Shown here one piece after another: positions 59,388-59,909 of a stretch of 59,909 nucleotides of DNA. The DNA is taken from positions 1 through 59,909 of the forward strand of contig JAUPLE010000120.1 of assembly GCA_030837085.1 (NCBI GenBank), in the 5' to 3' direction. This stretch comes from Acidobacteriota bacterium (GTDB lineage Bacteria > Acidobacteriota > Aminicenantia > UBA2199). The notes under the pieces are model-generated. The model was given only the letters and a program-made list of their open reading frames with translations, was not told where the DNA came from and made no database searches. The position numbers were made by a program, and so were the translations under genes. Each line of letters opens with the position of its first letter. Position 1 is the stretch's first letter.

Positions 59388-59909
59388 ATGAAGACAAAAA
59401 CAAACCCGGATGTATTTGAGAAGGTAACCTGGAAACCCGGGACCATGCTTTTCCCACTGCCAGTCGTTATGGTGACCTGCGGCGATATGGCGGCTGAATA
59501 CAATATCATGACCGTGGCCTGGACCGGGATCGTTTGCACCGACCCACCCACGTGCTACATCTCTGTACGCCCCGAACGCTATTCCTATGGTTTAATAGAA
59601 AAATACCGGGAGTTCGGCATTAACCTGGTGGGTAAAGAACTGGCCTTTGCCACGGATTGGTGCGGCGTAAAATCCGGTCGCGATGTGGACAAGTTTAAAG
59701 AAATGCAGTTGACCCCTTTCCCCGCCGAAAAAATAAAAGCGCCGTTGATAGCGGAATCCCCGGTGAACCTTGAATGCGTGGTCCGCGAAATCAAGCCCCT
59801 TGGCTCTCATCACATGTTTCTTGCCGAAATTGTAACCGTACATGGGACAAAGGTCCACCTGGACCCTAAAACCGGTGCTTTCAACCTTTCCCACGCCAAT
59901 CCCGTATGC
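59388..59909 (+). CDS. Flavin reductase-like (FMN-binding split-barrel) protein; partial, runs off the window
   Basis: Not in the ORF track because it has no stop. MKTKTNPDVFEKVTWKPGTMLFPLPVVMVTCGDMAAEYNIMTVAWTGIVCTDPPTCYISVRPERYSYGLI... matches the Flavin_Reduct pattern (PxPVxxVT...N(I/V)MTxxW...S..P). Confidence 0.7.
   Translation, partial: MKTKTNPDVFEKVTWKPGTMLFPLPVVMVTCGDMAAEYNIMTVAWTGIVCTDPPTCYISVRPERYSYGLIEKYREFGINLVGKELAFATDWCGVKSGRDVDKFKEMQLTPFPAEKIKAPLIAESPVNLECVVREIKPLGSHHMFLAEIVTVHGTKVHLDPKTGAFNLSHANPVC

Overview
Bacterial window dominated by a roughly 41.4-kb hybrid NRPS-PKS assembly line (14236-55596). It comprises five same-strand, translationally coupled genes with 9 NRPS and 3 PKS modules. 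Notable features are a single E domain, one AT-less KS-KR-ACP module, a loading A domain that lacks its N-terminus, and a terminal TE with Cys at the nucleophile position. Left flank (1-13.7 kb): a partial secreted plant-type LRR protein, an SBP-like gene overlapping an orphan HAMP histidine kinase, a locus of four secreted proteins (hypothetical, two GWxTD paralogs, a CarboxypepD_reg/TPR protein), a sulfatase-fold/TPR fusion and an AlkD-like DNA alkylation repair gene. Right flank: a relic of a group II intron reverse transcriptase carrying an in-frame TAG, a zinc-ribbon membrane protein, a DUF5916-like outer-membrane protein gene split by one in-frame TAG, and a partial flavin reductase-like gene. 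The GWxTD/TPR content is compatible with an Acidobacteriota/Aminicenantes-like uncultivated lineage, but this cannot be proven here. The most unusual signal is at the nucleotide level. Three fixed loop positions in the adenylation domains carry palindromic, hairpin-forming or short tandem-repeat DNA cassettes inserted in frame. Several cassette families recur between modules, and the conserved core of one family is translated in all three reading frames in different copies. One 55-nt cassette is 54/55 identical to an intergenic element 2.3 kb upstream of the cluster. This resembles selfish or structured palindromic elements colonising permissive loops of a megasynthase, analogous to Rickettsia palindromic elements. 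No tRNA, rRNA or CRISPR array was seen. All coordinates and motifs were read by eye; no searches were run.
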